Assembly: GCA_022600175.1 (NCBI GenBank)
Contig: JAHZKW010000105.1
Span: forward strand, 1 to 50,638
Direction of reading: 5' to 3'
From: Campylobacterota bacterium
GTDB taxonomy: Bacteria > Campylobacterota > Campylobacteria > Campylobacterales > QNZT01
Length of the DNA: 50,638 nucleotides
The position numbers and the translations under genes are program-made. Below, piece after piece: positions 1 through 9,573 of this stretch; within the stretch, counting starts at the first letter, position 1; each line of letters opens with the position of its first letter. The notes below the pieces were generated by a model, which was given only the letters and a program-made list of their open reading frames with translations, had not been told where the DNA came from and searched no databases.

Positions 1-11
1 AGGAAAAAGTT

Positions 12-401
12 ATGAAACAATCTACTTTTAAAGAGAAGTATCCTGTCTGGACCTTAGAGCTTACTAAAGATGAACTAACACAAAAAAATGTATCTGAAAT
101 TCTTAGTTATTTCAAAACCAAAATTGATGCACATCCTAAGGCTGTTTTCATTGCCACATTTGACCACTATACCCATACAAAAAGCATTGAAGGCCCTATC
201 AATCCAGAGATCAAAGATATTCAAAATATTATCTTCTGCTTTGGGACAGAGATCCCTACCACAAAAGTAGCAGCAGTGAGACCTAGATCAATCGGTGTCT
301 GTGAACTTGAAAACAGTTATATCATAGAGTTTATGGAAGCACCAAATGAAAAAGCACATGAGGCGATGGAGCAGTGGGCAAAATCACTAAAGTGCAATTA
401 A
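12..401 (+). CDS. Conserved hypothetical protein (DUF6858/DUF302-like)
   Basis: 129-aa ORF with AGGA SD at positions 1-4; FDHYxHT and RPRSIGV motifs recalled from a conserved uncharacterised family. Confidence 0.6.
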   Translation: MKQSTFKEKYPVWTLELTKDELTQKNVSEILSYFKTKIDAHPKAVFIATFDHYTHTKSIEGPINPEIKDIQNIIFCFGTEIPTTKVAAVRPRSIGVCELENSYIIEFMEAPNEKAHEAMEQWAKSLKCN

Positions 402-817
402 AACTCATCTCACTACTGATCATTAGCCTGTTTATTACAGGCTGTGAACAGTATAATACATTTTCACATGTCTATCAAAAAAAGTTGCTTGGTACGAAAA
501 TATCACAAATACAACTGAAAGCTTTTGACCCAAAAATAGATAACTTTTGTAAAATAGCACTCGCAAAAGCACAATTTAAAATCACAACAACAAGCGATTA
601 TATATTGATCCCTCAATATGCCAATTATCCCAAAAAATGTAACAACCCTTTAGCCACTGCTAATCAGAAGAGTTATCGTGGTTTTGTCAAACTTACCTTA
701 GAAAAAGAGGGAAAAAAAATCTATACATGCCAACTAGACTTTAAACAAGAACTCTCACAAAAACATCTCAACTATCTACTTGAACTGCTTATAGATGAAA
801 TGCAACTAAAGAGATAA
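374..817 (+). CDS. Hypothetical lipoprotein
   Basis: Hydrophobic N-terminal stretch ending in lipobox ITGC; start uncertain (GTG 374 or GTG 392). Confidence 0.6.
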   Translation: MGKITKVQLKLISLLIISLFITGCEQYNTFSHVYQKKLLGTKISQIQLKAFDPKIDNFCKIALAKAQFKITTTSDYILIPQYANYPKKCNNPLATANQKSYRGFVKLTLEKEGKKIYTCQLDFKQELSQKHLNYLLELLIDEMQLKR

Positions 818-852
818 TGGTATACTTTGATAATTTTTTATCAAGGTTATCT

Positions 853-2001
853 ATGAAACTCTCAAATCGTTCTGCACATTTTTCACAATCACTCATACGC
901 TCTATGTCTATTGCATGTAAAGCACAAAATGGCATCAACATGGCACAAGGGATCTGTGATCTAGAAGTACCCGCTGTAGTACTTGAAGGTGCAAAAAAAG
1001 CGATGGATAAGGGAACAAACATCTACACCCCAACTGAAGGATTAACGCCACTTCGCCAAGCTATCGCTTCAAAAATGAAAAACTTTTATAATCTTAGTGT
1101 TGATCCTCAAAATGAAATACTTGTAAGTGATGGTGCTACAGGTGCCTTTTATACCGCATGTTTAGCTCTTTTAAACCCAGAAGATGAAGTAATCATGTTT
1201 GAGCCATACTATGGCTACCATAAAGCAACCTTAGAGTCTGTTGGTGCTGTACCAACCTACGTACGCCTAGAAGCTCCAGAGTGGAAACTCCAAGAAGATG
1301 CACTCAACCTTGTACTTACTGATAAAACCAAAGCGATTCTCATCTGTAACCCAGCAAACCCAAGTGGCAAAGTCTTTAGTAAAGCAGAGCTAGAAATGAT
1401 TGGTGCATTTGCAACAAAACATGATCTCGTTGTATTTAGTGATGAGATGTATGAACACTTCATCTATGACAATCTCACCCACATTCCTGCACTTAGTATC
1501 CCAACACTCAAAGAGCGTACCGTACTCATCTCTGGTTTTTCTAAAGTCTTTAGTGTGACAGGTTGGCGATTAGGCTATGCGATCGCTCCAGAACCTATCA
1601 TATCAGCTATGGCACACTTTAACGACCTGATCTATGTCTGTGCCCCTGCCCCACTACAAATGGGTGTCGCTGAAGGTTTAAAAAGGCTTCAACAAGATTA
1701 TTATAAAACCCTCAAACAAACACATCAAGAAAAGCGTGATCTTTTTTGTCAAGCATTGCAACAATATGGACTCTCTCCAAGTATTCCTCAAGGTGCCTAC
1801 TATGTTATGACAGATATCAATCATCTTATAGGAGCAGATAGTAAAGAAAAAGTGATCTATCTTTTAGAAAAAACAGGTATTGCAGCGGTTCCAGGAAGTG
1901 CTTTTTATCATGATGATACAGGTGATCAACTTTGTCGTTTTTGTTACTCCAAACCCATCAATGACCTAAAAGAAGCAATTAAAGGGCTTTCTAAATTATA
2001 A
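853..2001 (+). CDS. PLP-dependent aminotransferase, class I/II
   Basis: NPANPSGK, SDEMY and GFSKVFSVTGWRLGY (PLP lysine) motifs; ATG 853 preferred over 817 because AAGG precedes it. Confidence 0.9.
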   Translation: MKLSNRSAHFSQSLIRSMSIACKAQNGINMAQGICDLEVPAVVLEGAKKAMDKGTNIYTPTEGLTPLRQAIASKMKNFYNLSVDPQNEILVSDGATGAFYTACLALLNPEDEVIMFEPYYGYHKATLESVGAVPTYVRLEAPEWKLQEDALNLVLTDKTKAILICNPANPSGKVFSKAELEMIGAFATKHDLVVFSDEMYEHFIYDNLTHIPALSIPTLKERTVLISGFSKVFSVTGWRLGYAIAPEPIISAMAHFNDLIYVCAPAPLQMGVAEGLKRLQQDYYKTLKQTHQEKRDLFCQALQQYGLSPSIPQGAYYVMTDINHLIGADSKEKVIYLLEKTGIAAVPGSAFYHDDTGDQLCRFCYSKPINDLKEAIKGLSKL

Positions 2002-2017
2002 AAGCCCTATCAATCAT

Positions 2018-3706
2018 TCAATACTTGATAACATCAACTTCTGTTTTAGTACCTATCTTGACCTCTTTATGTACATTGGTCACAGGTTTCACATGTGCGT
2101 CACGCCCATAGATGAAACTTTGTTCATCTACAATCACTTTATACGCTTTGTTTAACGTCAAAGCACGTTTAAGTGATGGAAATAAGAGATGTGAAATATC
2201 ACTATGGACTTTCTCGATTTCACTTTCTATCAAGCTTCCATTTGCATCAAAAAACTTTGCTTTGATTTCGTCATTGTCACGAAATTCATCTCCTGCATGA
2301 TTAGCACGTAGATAGAGTTCATACTCATAACGTCCATCTACAAGTTGTCTCTCTTTGACATTTTTAAGACCATACTGACTCCAGTGATACCATCCTCCTT
2401 GTTTTGCACGCTGATCTAATTTCCTAGAAAATACAAAGGTACTGTCTGTAATCGCACCAATCGTCGAATGACATCCCATACAGTAAGCCGTCTCTTCATA
2501 GGTCTGAGGACGCAATTCACCCTCTTTATCTTCGATAAATCCTTGATAACGCCATCCTGTACCACTTTTCAAGCCATACTCCATGTTGCCTTCCATGATA
2601 CGTGGGATATCAGGTCGAATCAACCTCTCATACGCCTCTTCTTCTGCAAAAAGTTCATGTTGTCTAGGAGAGTTCCACTCATATTTTTTACCATAGCGTA
2701 ACTCTTTCATACGTGCAGCCATCTTTACAGAACCATTATCATCTACATCGATATAACGTACAGAGTGTAAAAACTCTGTCCCAACAGGATACAACCCTGC
2801 ACCCATTTGCAATCTACTCTGCTCTTGTGCTTTCTTTGCTGCACCTACATACCACATCGTATAACCACTATATTGCTTAGTTAAAAAATCATACGTTGGT
2901 TCACTCCAGTTAAAGACAATACTATTACTCATATCCAATATACCATTTTGATTGAGATCTACACCAAATTTTTTCTCATCAGTAGATGCTATCACAATAT
3001 CTTTTTGCTTGATCAATGTTTCAACGATGCTATGATTGATCTTAGCGACCTCTATATCAAATGTACTATTTTCATCTAAAAAAAACTGTTCATCAAGACG
3101 AATCAACACATCATCTGTTGAGCCATTTGTAGGCCAAAATGTCCCTAAAAAAGGATAATATGCAAAAGCTCTCCAGCGACTATAACTTCCATCTGGAGTG
3201 CGATCAAATCCCTCATCATCAAAACTAAAGTAACAATCAGGAGTATACCCATGCCACACACCATCTTTATCTGGATCCCAACTTTTAGGAAGATTTTTAA
3301 GTTTTTGACGCAGTGTCAAATTGCCATCAACATCTTTATAATTACTCTCTCTGACATAGGCTAAGATCTCTTCATCACTTATATTGGCAACTGCACTACT
3401 TCTATCTTGAAAAAGGTTTATCCATCGATTTTTATGGCTATAGTTACTAAAGTCATAAGCCTCTTGTAGTGCTTCATCGTTTAAATAGTTTGGTTTTTGT
3501 GAATTGATATGACATGAAAAACAGGGATTGTGTTTTTCACCATTTTCATCTACTGTCTTGGTATAACACTGTGACGTAATATAAGCAGTATGGTTGTTAA
3601 TAATTTTTTTAGATGTTAAATCTACTGATCTGGTGGATGCTTGCTTATCACTACTACTGCAAGCGATGAAAAATAGAGTGGATAGAGAAAGTAAAATATA
3701 TTTCAA
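2018..3706 (-). CDS. Putative c-type cytochrome lipoprotein with two CxxCH motifs
   Basis: TTG start at 3706 after AAGGA; lipobox FIAC; CFSCH and CMGCH motifs. Confidence 0.65.
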   Translation of the reverse strand: MKYILLSLSTLFFIACSSSDKQASTRSVDLTSKKIINNHTAYITSQCYTKTVDENGEKHNPCFSCHINSQKPNYLNDEALQEAYDFSNYSHKNRWINLFQDRSSAVANISDEEILAYVRESNYKDVDGNLTLRQKLKNLPKSWDPDKDGVWHGYTPDCYFSFDDEGFDRTPDGSYSRWRAFAYYPFLGTFWPTNGSTDDVLIRLDEQFFLDENSTFDIEVAKINHSIVETLIKQKDIVIASTDEKKFGVDLNQNGILDMSNSIVFNWSEPTYDFLTKQYSGYTMWYVGAAKKAQEQSRLQMGAGLYPVGTEFLHSVRYIDVDDNGSVKMAARMKELRYGKKYEWNSPRQHELFAEEEAYERLIRPDIPRIMEGNMEYGLKSGTGWRYQGFIEDKEGELRPQTYEETAYCMGCHSTIGAITDSTFVFSRKLDQRAKQGGWYHWSQYGLKNVKERQLVDGRYEYELYLRANHAGDEFRDNDEIKAKFFDANGSLIESEIEKVHSDISHLLFPSLKRALTLNKAYKVIVDEQSFIYGRDAHVKPVTNVHKEVKIGTKTEVDVIKY

Positions 3707-3724
3707 GAGATTCCTTTTATAAGC

Positions 3725-3744
3725 ATTTGGGGAAAACCCCAAAT
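3725..3744. terminator. Intergenic hairpin ATTTGGGG-AAAA-CCCCAAAT
   Basis: Perfect 8-bp stem between the phoX-like gene and the cytochrome gene; no strong U-tract, so it may be an mRNA stability element instead. Confidence 0.5.
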
Positions 3745-3750
3745 ACATAC

Positions 3751-5511
3751 TTATTGCCATAACCAAAGCATATCTACGCCATGATCACCTGAATCCTCTC
3801 CAATAAGTACTTTATCTTCAGAGAATGTTAAAATATTGTCTGGATTTGCAATTTTGTCAGAATGACACATTGTTTCATCACCTGAAGCTACTGTCTCACC
3901 TATCAATGCTGGTGAAATTTTACTAATGTTATTATTTTTATCGATTGCAGCGGTATAGACACCACCACAGTTCTCTTCATCAATCGCAATATCCCCACCT
4001 GCGCTACTTTTTACACCTGTACTCCAGTGTGTATCACCCCAAGTACTAGACATCGTATATCCTATATCAGAGACTGCAATATAGAGAGAGTTTTTATCAG
4101 CTGTAATACCTTCGAGTTTATTCCACTCATACGTTGCACCTAATGCAGCAGCAGCTTTTCTACTCTCTAAAAATGCCGGACGATCATCTTGATATGATCC
4201 AATCGTACCATCATTGTTAAGATCTTTGTTTACCTTTCCTTCTGCCCAGTTTTGCACATCGGCATCACTGATATAGCTTGACTCTCCTGCAACATAATCA
4301 GCTTCTGTAATATTGTCATACTCAGCAATCCAACCTGCGATTGTCTCATTGTCACCGTGAGCAAGTTCTAACCACTCTACTTTAAAACTCGCACTTGCTG
4401 TAGCATTGCCATCTTCTTGCGTCAACTTTGCTGCATAGAGTGTACCTGCACTCATATCTTTTGCTTTGTCAGCAACAAATTTAAAAAATACCCCACCTGA
4501 GTTTGTGTTGTACGTGTCACTTGTGTAAGCAGCAGAGTCATCATCTGATTGATAAACTGTTTTATTATCAGCCATCACAACACCATTTTCATGACTAAAA
4601 CGTCCCATTGCATAGTGTTTCACTAGCTTTGGCTCATCACTTGTTCGTTCACTCATCTCAATCTGATATCCATAATCGTATGGATTAGTAAACTTTCCTA
4701 GATACTGATCCATTGTTCCTGGGATATGATAAGTGATATTTGTACTACCATCGATAAAGTATGGCATATAGTTATCATCATGATGTCCTGGATAGTTCCA
4801 AAGTGCAGTATTAAGGTAGTAATACTCTTCTGCTGTTAAAAATGTATCCCAAGGTGTCTCATGACCAAAACATAAAATCCATCCACCTTTGATCGAAGAG
4901 AGATCAATCATCTTGGAGGTAGCTAGATCTGTTGCCCACTCGCCATCAACTTTGTTTAGCTTTAAACGACTGATAGAAGAAGCACCCTTGATACCTGCAC
5001 CTTCCCAACCTGTATAGAGATAAGCACTGTTATCATCGATCTTTACAAAACTGTTAAAGTCTACATCATTACTTACATAGACTAATTCACCGTTTACATC
5101 ATAGATACCACCTAACACTTGCGTACCATTGTTGATCAATTGTCCTGCTTCACCAAGCTTGATATACTCTCCACCTGCAACATGCACCTCTTCACGTGTA
5201 CCTTCCGCAGGAACAGCCATACTATCTCCTGAGAAGTTATTGATATCCATTCCTTTGACATATCCAATAAAAGCGGGAGTTACACCTTCTGTAAACTCAT
5301 CTTTTTTCCCTGGATGTTGTGCATTGAAAAATAGTTCACCTGCATCATTGACGACTAATCCTGTAACTTCAGCACCTGCTGGAACTGTTGCAATACGTTT
5401 GAGTGTTTTTGTACTATGATCAACAACTTTTGGAGTATCATCTGAGTCACTCCCACAACCTACAAGCCCTAACGCAATAACTGCGGCCAATGATAAAACT
5501 ACTTTATACAC
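3751..5511 (-). CDS. phoX: PhoX-family (DUF839) alkaline phosphatase-like lipoprotein, apparently circularly permuted
   Basis: GTG start at 5511 after TAAGGA; lipobox LVGC; motifs GAEVTG..QHP, CFG.ETPWDTFLTAEE, MGRFSHEN, GTLYAAK, NPDNI, IGED. Confidence 0.8.
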   Translation of the reverse strand: MYKVVLSLAAVIALGLVGCGSDSDDTPKVVDHSTKTLKRIATVPAGAEVTGLVVNDAGELFFNAQHPGKKDEFTEGVTPAFIGYVKGMDINNFSGDSMAVPAEGTREEVHVAGGEYIKLGEAGQLINNGTQVLGGIYDVNGELVYVSNDVDFNSFVKIDDNSAYLYTGWEGAGIKGASSISRLKLNKVDGEWATDLATSKMIDLSSIKGGWILCFGHETPWDTFLTAEEYYYLNTALWNYPGHHDDNYMPYFIDGSTNITYHIPGTMDQYLGKFTNPYDYGYQIEMSERTSDEPKLVKHYAMGRFSHENGVVMADNKTVYQSDDDSAAYTSDTYNTNSGGVFFKFVADKAKDMSAGTLYAAKLTQEDGNATASASFKVEWLELAHGDNETIAGWIAEYDNITEADYVAGESSYISDADVQNWAEGKVNKDLNNDGTIGSYQDDRPAFLESRKAAAALGATYEWNKLEGITADKNSLYIAVSDIGYTMSSTWGDTHWSTGVKSSAGGDIAIDEENCGGVYTAAIDKNNNISKISPALIGETVASGDETMCHSDKIANPDNILTFSEDKVLIGEDSGDHGVDMLWLWQ

Positions 5512-5607
5512 TTTTATATCCTTACTATGAAAACAAATACATCTAGAATCTGAAAGACTCAACCTCTTTTTCTGTGGCAATTTAAGATGAAAGTTTAATC
5601 GATAATA

Positions 5608-5623
5608 GTTTCAAAATAGTTAC
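5608..5623. promoter_or_regulatory. Putative PhosR pho box
   Basis: GTTTCAAAATAGTTAC differs at 2 positions from the C. jejuni pho box GTTTCNAAAANGTTTC; ~100 bp upstream of the phoX-like start. Confidence 0.55.
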
Positions 5624-5802
5624 ATTTGTATAAGGTATAAAGTAAGTAATATTATTGTAACTTTTTTTTTGGGGAGTATATTTAGATTTATTAATATAGC
5701 TATATGGCAGCACATTATAATACTTAAAAAAAGTAGAAAAGAGAGAAATCACATTATATTGTTGTTACAATCTCTCTAGCTCTAATTTGGTTAGCTTTGA
5801 TA

Positions 5803-5928
5803 TCATTTATCTTCTAAATTTGTTTCTAAATGTTCAATATTTAGCCTTATAAATTTATAACTCAAAAAAATAACCAAAGGCCATACCATATACCAAATAA
5901 TTGCATGTGTATAATCTATAGTTTCCAT
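5803..5928 (-). CDS. 41-aa single-TM protein, probable small subunit of cytochrome bd (CydX/CydY-like)
   Basis: Manual translation METIDYTHAIIWYMVWPLVIFLSYKFIRLNIEHLETNLEDK; SD AGGAG overlaps the cydB stop; not in the ORF track. Confidence 0.7.
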   Translation of the reverse strand: METIDYTHAIIWYMVWPLVIFLSYKFIRLNIEHLETNLEDK

Positions 5929-5936
5929 ACATTCTC

Positions 5937-7061
5937 CTAATAATGATGATGATCAGATTCGATCTCTTTGCTTGTGATTTTACTTTTATCCATCGTACGC
6001 CAAACGAAATAAATATAAGCCAGTACAAACGGTACCATCAATGATACATAACTCATTGTACTCAACGTATAGTGACTACCTGATGCATTTTCAATTGTCA
6101 AAGAGCTATTTAAATCACTTAATGATGGATAAATCGCCGTGTTATTAAATCCTAAAAGGCTGAGTAATGCTGTTACAGTCAATACAGTACCTAACCCACT
6201 CAGCCAAATTCCTTTTGTAGAACCTCGAAAAAATGTACTGTAAAGTGCATAAAGTAGCATAACCACACCAGTAAAAAAACCTATCAACAATAGATAACAA
6301 TCTAATAGGTTATATAAAAACTTATTGGCTATGACTTTAAACCCTCTCTCACTATACTCTACACCATTCATCATCAAAAGGATGCTAGTGACTATCAAGA
6401 AAAATAGAAGGAATAAAGCTGTATCGAATTTCAACTGATTACGAGCCCTTTGTACAATAACCTTTTCAGCGATATTATTAATAAAATAAAGACTTGCCTG
6501 TACACGTGCAAGGAAAAATATCATCAATCCTAAAGCCATATTAAAAGGGTTACGTATCGCTTCAAGTCCATAAGAGTGATTTGTCCAAGTAGAGAGATTC
6601 ATCTCATTTTTGATAAAGTTTCCACCAGTATAAAATGTACCCAAAGCAATACCAATAAGAATAATCCCAATCGAACCATTGATATACAAAAATATCTCAA
6701 AAGTTTTTTGTCCTAAAAAGTTATCAGGTTTTTTACGATACTCATAAGAGACTGCCTGAATAATAAAACAGAAGAGTATAGCCATCCAAAGATAATAAGC
6801 TCCTCCAAAACTCACTGCATATAAAAGTGGAAATGCAGCAAACAAAGCACCACCAAACATCACCAATGTGGTAAAACCAAGTTCCCATTTACGTCCAAGT
6901 GAACCTATAAGAACACTTTTTTCCATCTCATTTTTAGCTAAAGTATTTAAAAGCGTTTGCCCACCTTGCACAAACATAATAAAAGTAAATAAGCCACCAA
7001 GAAGCGCGATGATAAACCACCAGTACTGTTGCAATGTAAGTAATTCAAAAGTTTCAAACAT
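5937..7061 (-). CDS. cydB: Cytochrome bd ubiquinol oxidase subunit II
   Basis: Polytopic membrane protein with RKWELGFTTLV..GGALFAAFP; directly follows cydA; ATG 7061 after GGAG. Confidence 0.93.
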   Translation of the reverse strand: MFETFELLTLQQYWWFIIALLGGLFTFIMFVQGGQTLLNTLAKNEMEKSVLIGSLGRKWELGFTTLVMFGGALFAAFPLLYAVSFGGAYYLWMAILFCFIIQAVSYEYRKKPDNFLGQKTFEIFLYINGSIGIILIGIALGTFYTGGNFIKNEMNLSTWTNHSYGLEAIRNPFNMALGLMIFFLARVQASLYFINNIAEKVIVQRARNQLKFDTALFLLFFLIVTSILLMMNGVEYSERGFKVIANKFLYNLLDCYLLLIGFFTGVVMLLYALYSTFFRGSTKGIWLSGLGTVLTVTALLSLLGFNNTAIYPSLSDLNSSLTIENASGSHYTLSTMSYVSLMVPFVLAYIYFVWRTMDKSKITSKEIESDHHHY

Positions 7062-7062
7062 C

Positions 7063-8589
7063 TTAGTGCTCCTCCATACCAAGTTTTATTTGCTTAGTCA
7101 TGATACGCACTTCCGCAATCAAAAGTACAGTAAAAATAATCGCAAAGAGCCAAAATGTCGTCTGCACAGCGGTTGTACTAATCTGTGAACTTGCCATACC
7201 TACAGGGAGCATCCCTTGAATTGCCCAAGGTTGCCTGCCTACTTCAGCTACAACCCATCCCGCTTCTCCTGCAATATAACCTAATGGAATAGACCAAAGT
7301 GCAGCATGAAGAAGCATCTTTTTATCATCTAATTTTCCCAACATAGCGAAATAAAGCACTAAAAAAAAGAGTACTAAAAACCAACTACCAAGCCCTACCA
7401 TCAAGTGAAAACTATAGAAACTCATTGCAACTGGCGGTATAATCTCTTTTGGATCTTGTAAATAACCATAACCAAAATATGGTTCATAGTGTCGAAACGT
7501 TTTTAAAGCTTTCTCCGCTTTTTGTGTATCATTTAATCTTTTTGCTTCCTTATAAGACTTGAGTGCGGAAATTGCAATTTTGCCTTTATCTATCTTACTC
7601 TGTGCACTCTCAATCCCTTGTGTTTCATTGCCATAAACCAGATCATTGATCCCTGGGACAAAGGCATTAAAATCTTGAAAACCTAAAAAAGAGAGTGCTT
7701 GAGGAATCTCAATACTCCATACAAACTCCTCTTTCTCATCACCAATCTCTTTTTCACTATTAAGTTGACCAACCGCTACAATACCTGCTCTAGCATGACC
7801 ATGATACAATCCCTCCATAGCTGCAAGTTTTGTTGGTTGATGCTGTGCTACACTATAGGCTGACTCATCACCAGATAAGATAAGAAAAAATGATGTAACC
7901 AGTCCAAAAGTGGCACCCACAACAATACTCTTTTTAGCTCTGACAACATCTCTATTTTTAAGCAAATACCAAGCACTGATACCCACAACAAATAGTGATC
8001 CCATAACATATCCACTACCTATCGTGTGAAGAAATTTAGAATATGCAGTAGGGTTAAAAAGTACATCCCAGAAACTTTCCATCTCAAAACGTGCAGTATC
8101 AGGATTAAATACCATACCTACAGGATGTTGCATCCAGCCATTGGCTACTAAGATCCAAAGTGCAGATAGATTAGAGCCAATAGCAACCAACCATGTAGAA
8201 AGCAGGTGCATCTTTTTACTCACCTTATCCCAGCCAAAAAACATGACAGCAAAAAAAGTTGACTCCATGAAAAAAGCCATAATCCCCTCGATCGCCAAAG
8301 GTGCCCCAAAAATATCTCCAACAATCCATGAATAGTTTGACCAATTGGTTCCAAATTCAAACTCCATAATGATACCTGTCGCAAGTCCAATGGCAAAATT
8401 AATCGCAAACAGTGTCATCCAAAATTTCGTGATTTTTTTCCATTCAGGATTACCTGTTTTTACATAGATAGTCTCCATAATAGCTATGATAAATGAAAGC
8501 CCTAAAGTCAACGGCACAAATAGCCAATGATACATAGCAGTTAAAGCAAACTGTGCACGTGACCAATCTGTCAATAATGTATCTTCCAT
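7063..8589 (-). CDS. cydA: Cytochrome bd ubiquinol oxidase subunit I
   Basis: RAQFALTAMYH, EFEFGTNW, KLAAMEG and EVGRQPW motifs. Confidence 0.97.
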   Translation of the reverse strand: MEDTLLTDWSRAQFALTAMYHWLFVPLTLGLSFIIAIMETIYVKTGNPEWKKITKFWMTLFAINFAIGLATGIIMEFEFGTNWSNYSWIVGDIFGAPLAIEGIMAFFMESTFFAVMFFGWDKVSKKMHLLSTWLVAIGSNLSALWILVANGWMQHPVGMVFNPDTARFEMESFWDVLFNPTAYSKFLHTIGSGYVMGSLFVVGISAWYLLKNRDVVRAKKSIVVGATFGLVTSFFLILSGDESAYSVAQHQPTKLAAMEGLYHGHARAGIVAVGQLNSEKEIGDEKEEFVWSIEIPQALSFLGFQDFNAFVPGINDLVYGNETQGIESAQSKIDKGKIAISALKSYKEAKRLNDTQKAEKALKTFRHYEPYFGYGYLQDPKEIIPPVAMSFYSFHLMVGLGSWFLVLFFLVLYFAMLGKLDDKKMLLHAALWSIPLGYIAGEAGWVVAEVGRQPWAIQGMLPVGMASSQISTTAVQTTFWLFAIIFTVLLIAEVRIMTKQIKLGMEEH

Positions 8590-8592
8590 ATA

Positions 8593-8814
8593 CTACTCCC
8601 CTACTGTTAAATTATTTAAAATATATATTGCCCTTTGCTGATCATTTTGAAAGTTCTCTTTTAAAATATTTGGAAAAAAGAGCATTTTCATAATGATAAA
8701 AAAGAGCAAAAATTTAATGGCAATAATCCCCCAAAGTGTTTTGCCCAGTCTCATACTTTTAAAACCTATATAATAAAAAGACCACACCTTTTTAACAATG
8801 GTGATGATGCCCAT
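8593..8814 (-). CDS. DUF4492-type small membrane protein
   Basis: FYYIGFKSMRLGKTLW.II.IK motif; typical position upstream of cydA; ATG 8814 after GGAG. Confidence 0.75.
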   Translation of the reverse strand: MGIITIVKKVWSFYYIGFKSMRLGKTLWGIIAIKFLLFFIIMKMLFFPNILKENFQNDQQRAIYILNNLTVGE

Positions 8815-9217
8815 TATGATCTCCAGTCTCCTTATGTTGATGATCGCCATGAGTATGTTTACCTTCATGATGTGTGATAATCTCCTGCATCTTTACTTCA
8901 TCTAAAAGTGCTAATTCCCTATTATAAAACTTCTGTAAAACTTGATTGAGTAAAATTCTCTCAAAACCACTATGGTAAATTTTTATACCTCCATGGGTCT
9001 TGATCATCTGATAAGGACTCATCCCCATCTCTTGCATAATAATTACATCAACTTGTTCTGCAATAAACCACTCTATAACAGCATGTCCACCACCCATCTC
9101 ACTTTTTCGTATCTCTACACTGCCATCTTCAACAAACGCAAACCATTTTGCCTTACCAAAAAGTGGTGCAACTGCTGTATTCTCTTTATTCATCTTAACT
9201 GGTATCGCTATCTTCAT
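8792..9217 (-). CDS. NifB/NifX (FeMo-cofactor-binding fold) family protein with His-rich tail
   Basis: MKIAIP...APLFGKAKWF pattern; C-terminus HHEGKHTHGDHQH..HHHC. Confidence 0.8.
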   Translation of the reverse strand: MKIAIPVKMNKENTAVAPLFGKAKWFAFVEDGSVEIRKSEMGGGHAVIEWFIAEQVDVIIMQEMGMSPYQMIKTHGGIKIYHSGFERILLNQVLQKFYNRELALLDEVKMQEIITHHEGKHTHGDHQHKETGDHNGHHHHC

Positions 9218-9227
9218 AATCCCTCTC

Positions 9228-9551
9228 CTACTCTATATGATCTTTTTCTGGCATAATCTGCAACGCTTTACCATGCAATAGTGCATCAGCAATCTTTTTA
9301 TGTGCTTGTTCTATCAGCCTTGAAAATGTTGTACGTGAAATCCCCATACGATCTGCACATGCCTGCTGATATAAACCTTCATAATCACTCAACCTAACAG
9401 CCTCCATTTCATCAGCTTCAAGCATGACTTTTTCGAGGTAACGTCCTTTCACCCCACAAGGTTTAAAACAAACTTTAGTGTGATCTTTTGTAATAATTCT
9501 GGCTATTTTTTTTCGACCTATCTGTGGCACCAATATTCCTTTATTTTGCAC
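9228..9551 (-). CDS. DUF134 family HTH protein
   Basis: FKPCG..EMEAVRLSDYEGLYQ..A..MGISRTTFSR..AHKKIADAL; true start may be GTG 9530 (preceded by AAGGA). Confidence 0.85.
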   Translation of the reverse strand: MQNKGILVPQIGRKKIARIITKDHTKVCFKPCGVKGRYLEKVMLEADEMEAVRLSDYEGLYQQACADRMGISRTTFSRLIEQAHKKIADALLHGKALQIMPEKDHIE

Positions 9552-9562
9552 ATATGTTCAAA
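9545..9562. promoter_or_regulatory. Palindromic operator candidate TTTGCACATATGTTCAAA
   Basis: 18-bp inverted repeat with one mismatched pair, just downstream of the promoter. Confidence 0.55.
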
Positions 9563-9573
9563 TTAACATTGGA

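Noticed and set aside
5662-5674. T9 run followed by G4 upstream of the phoX-like gene
   Set aside because: Intergenic, and common in AT-rich genomes; not the long poly-G tract typical of phase variation.
8792-9217. NifX-like gene as evidence of nitrogen fixation
   Set aside because: The family is widespread in non-diazotrophs and no nif structural genes are present.
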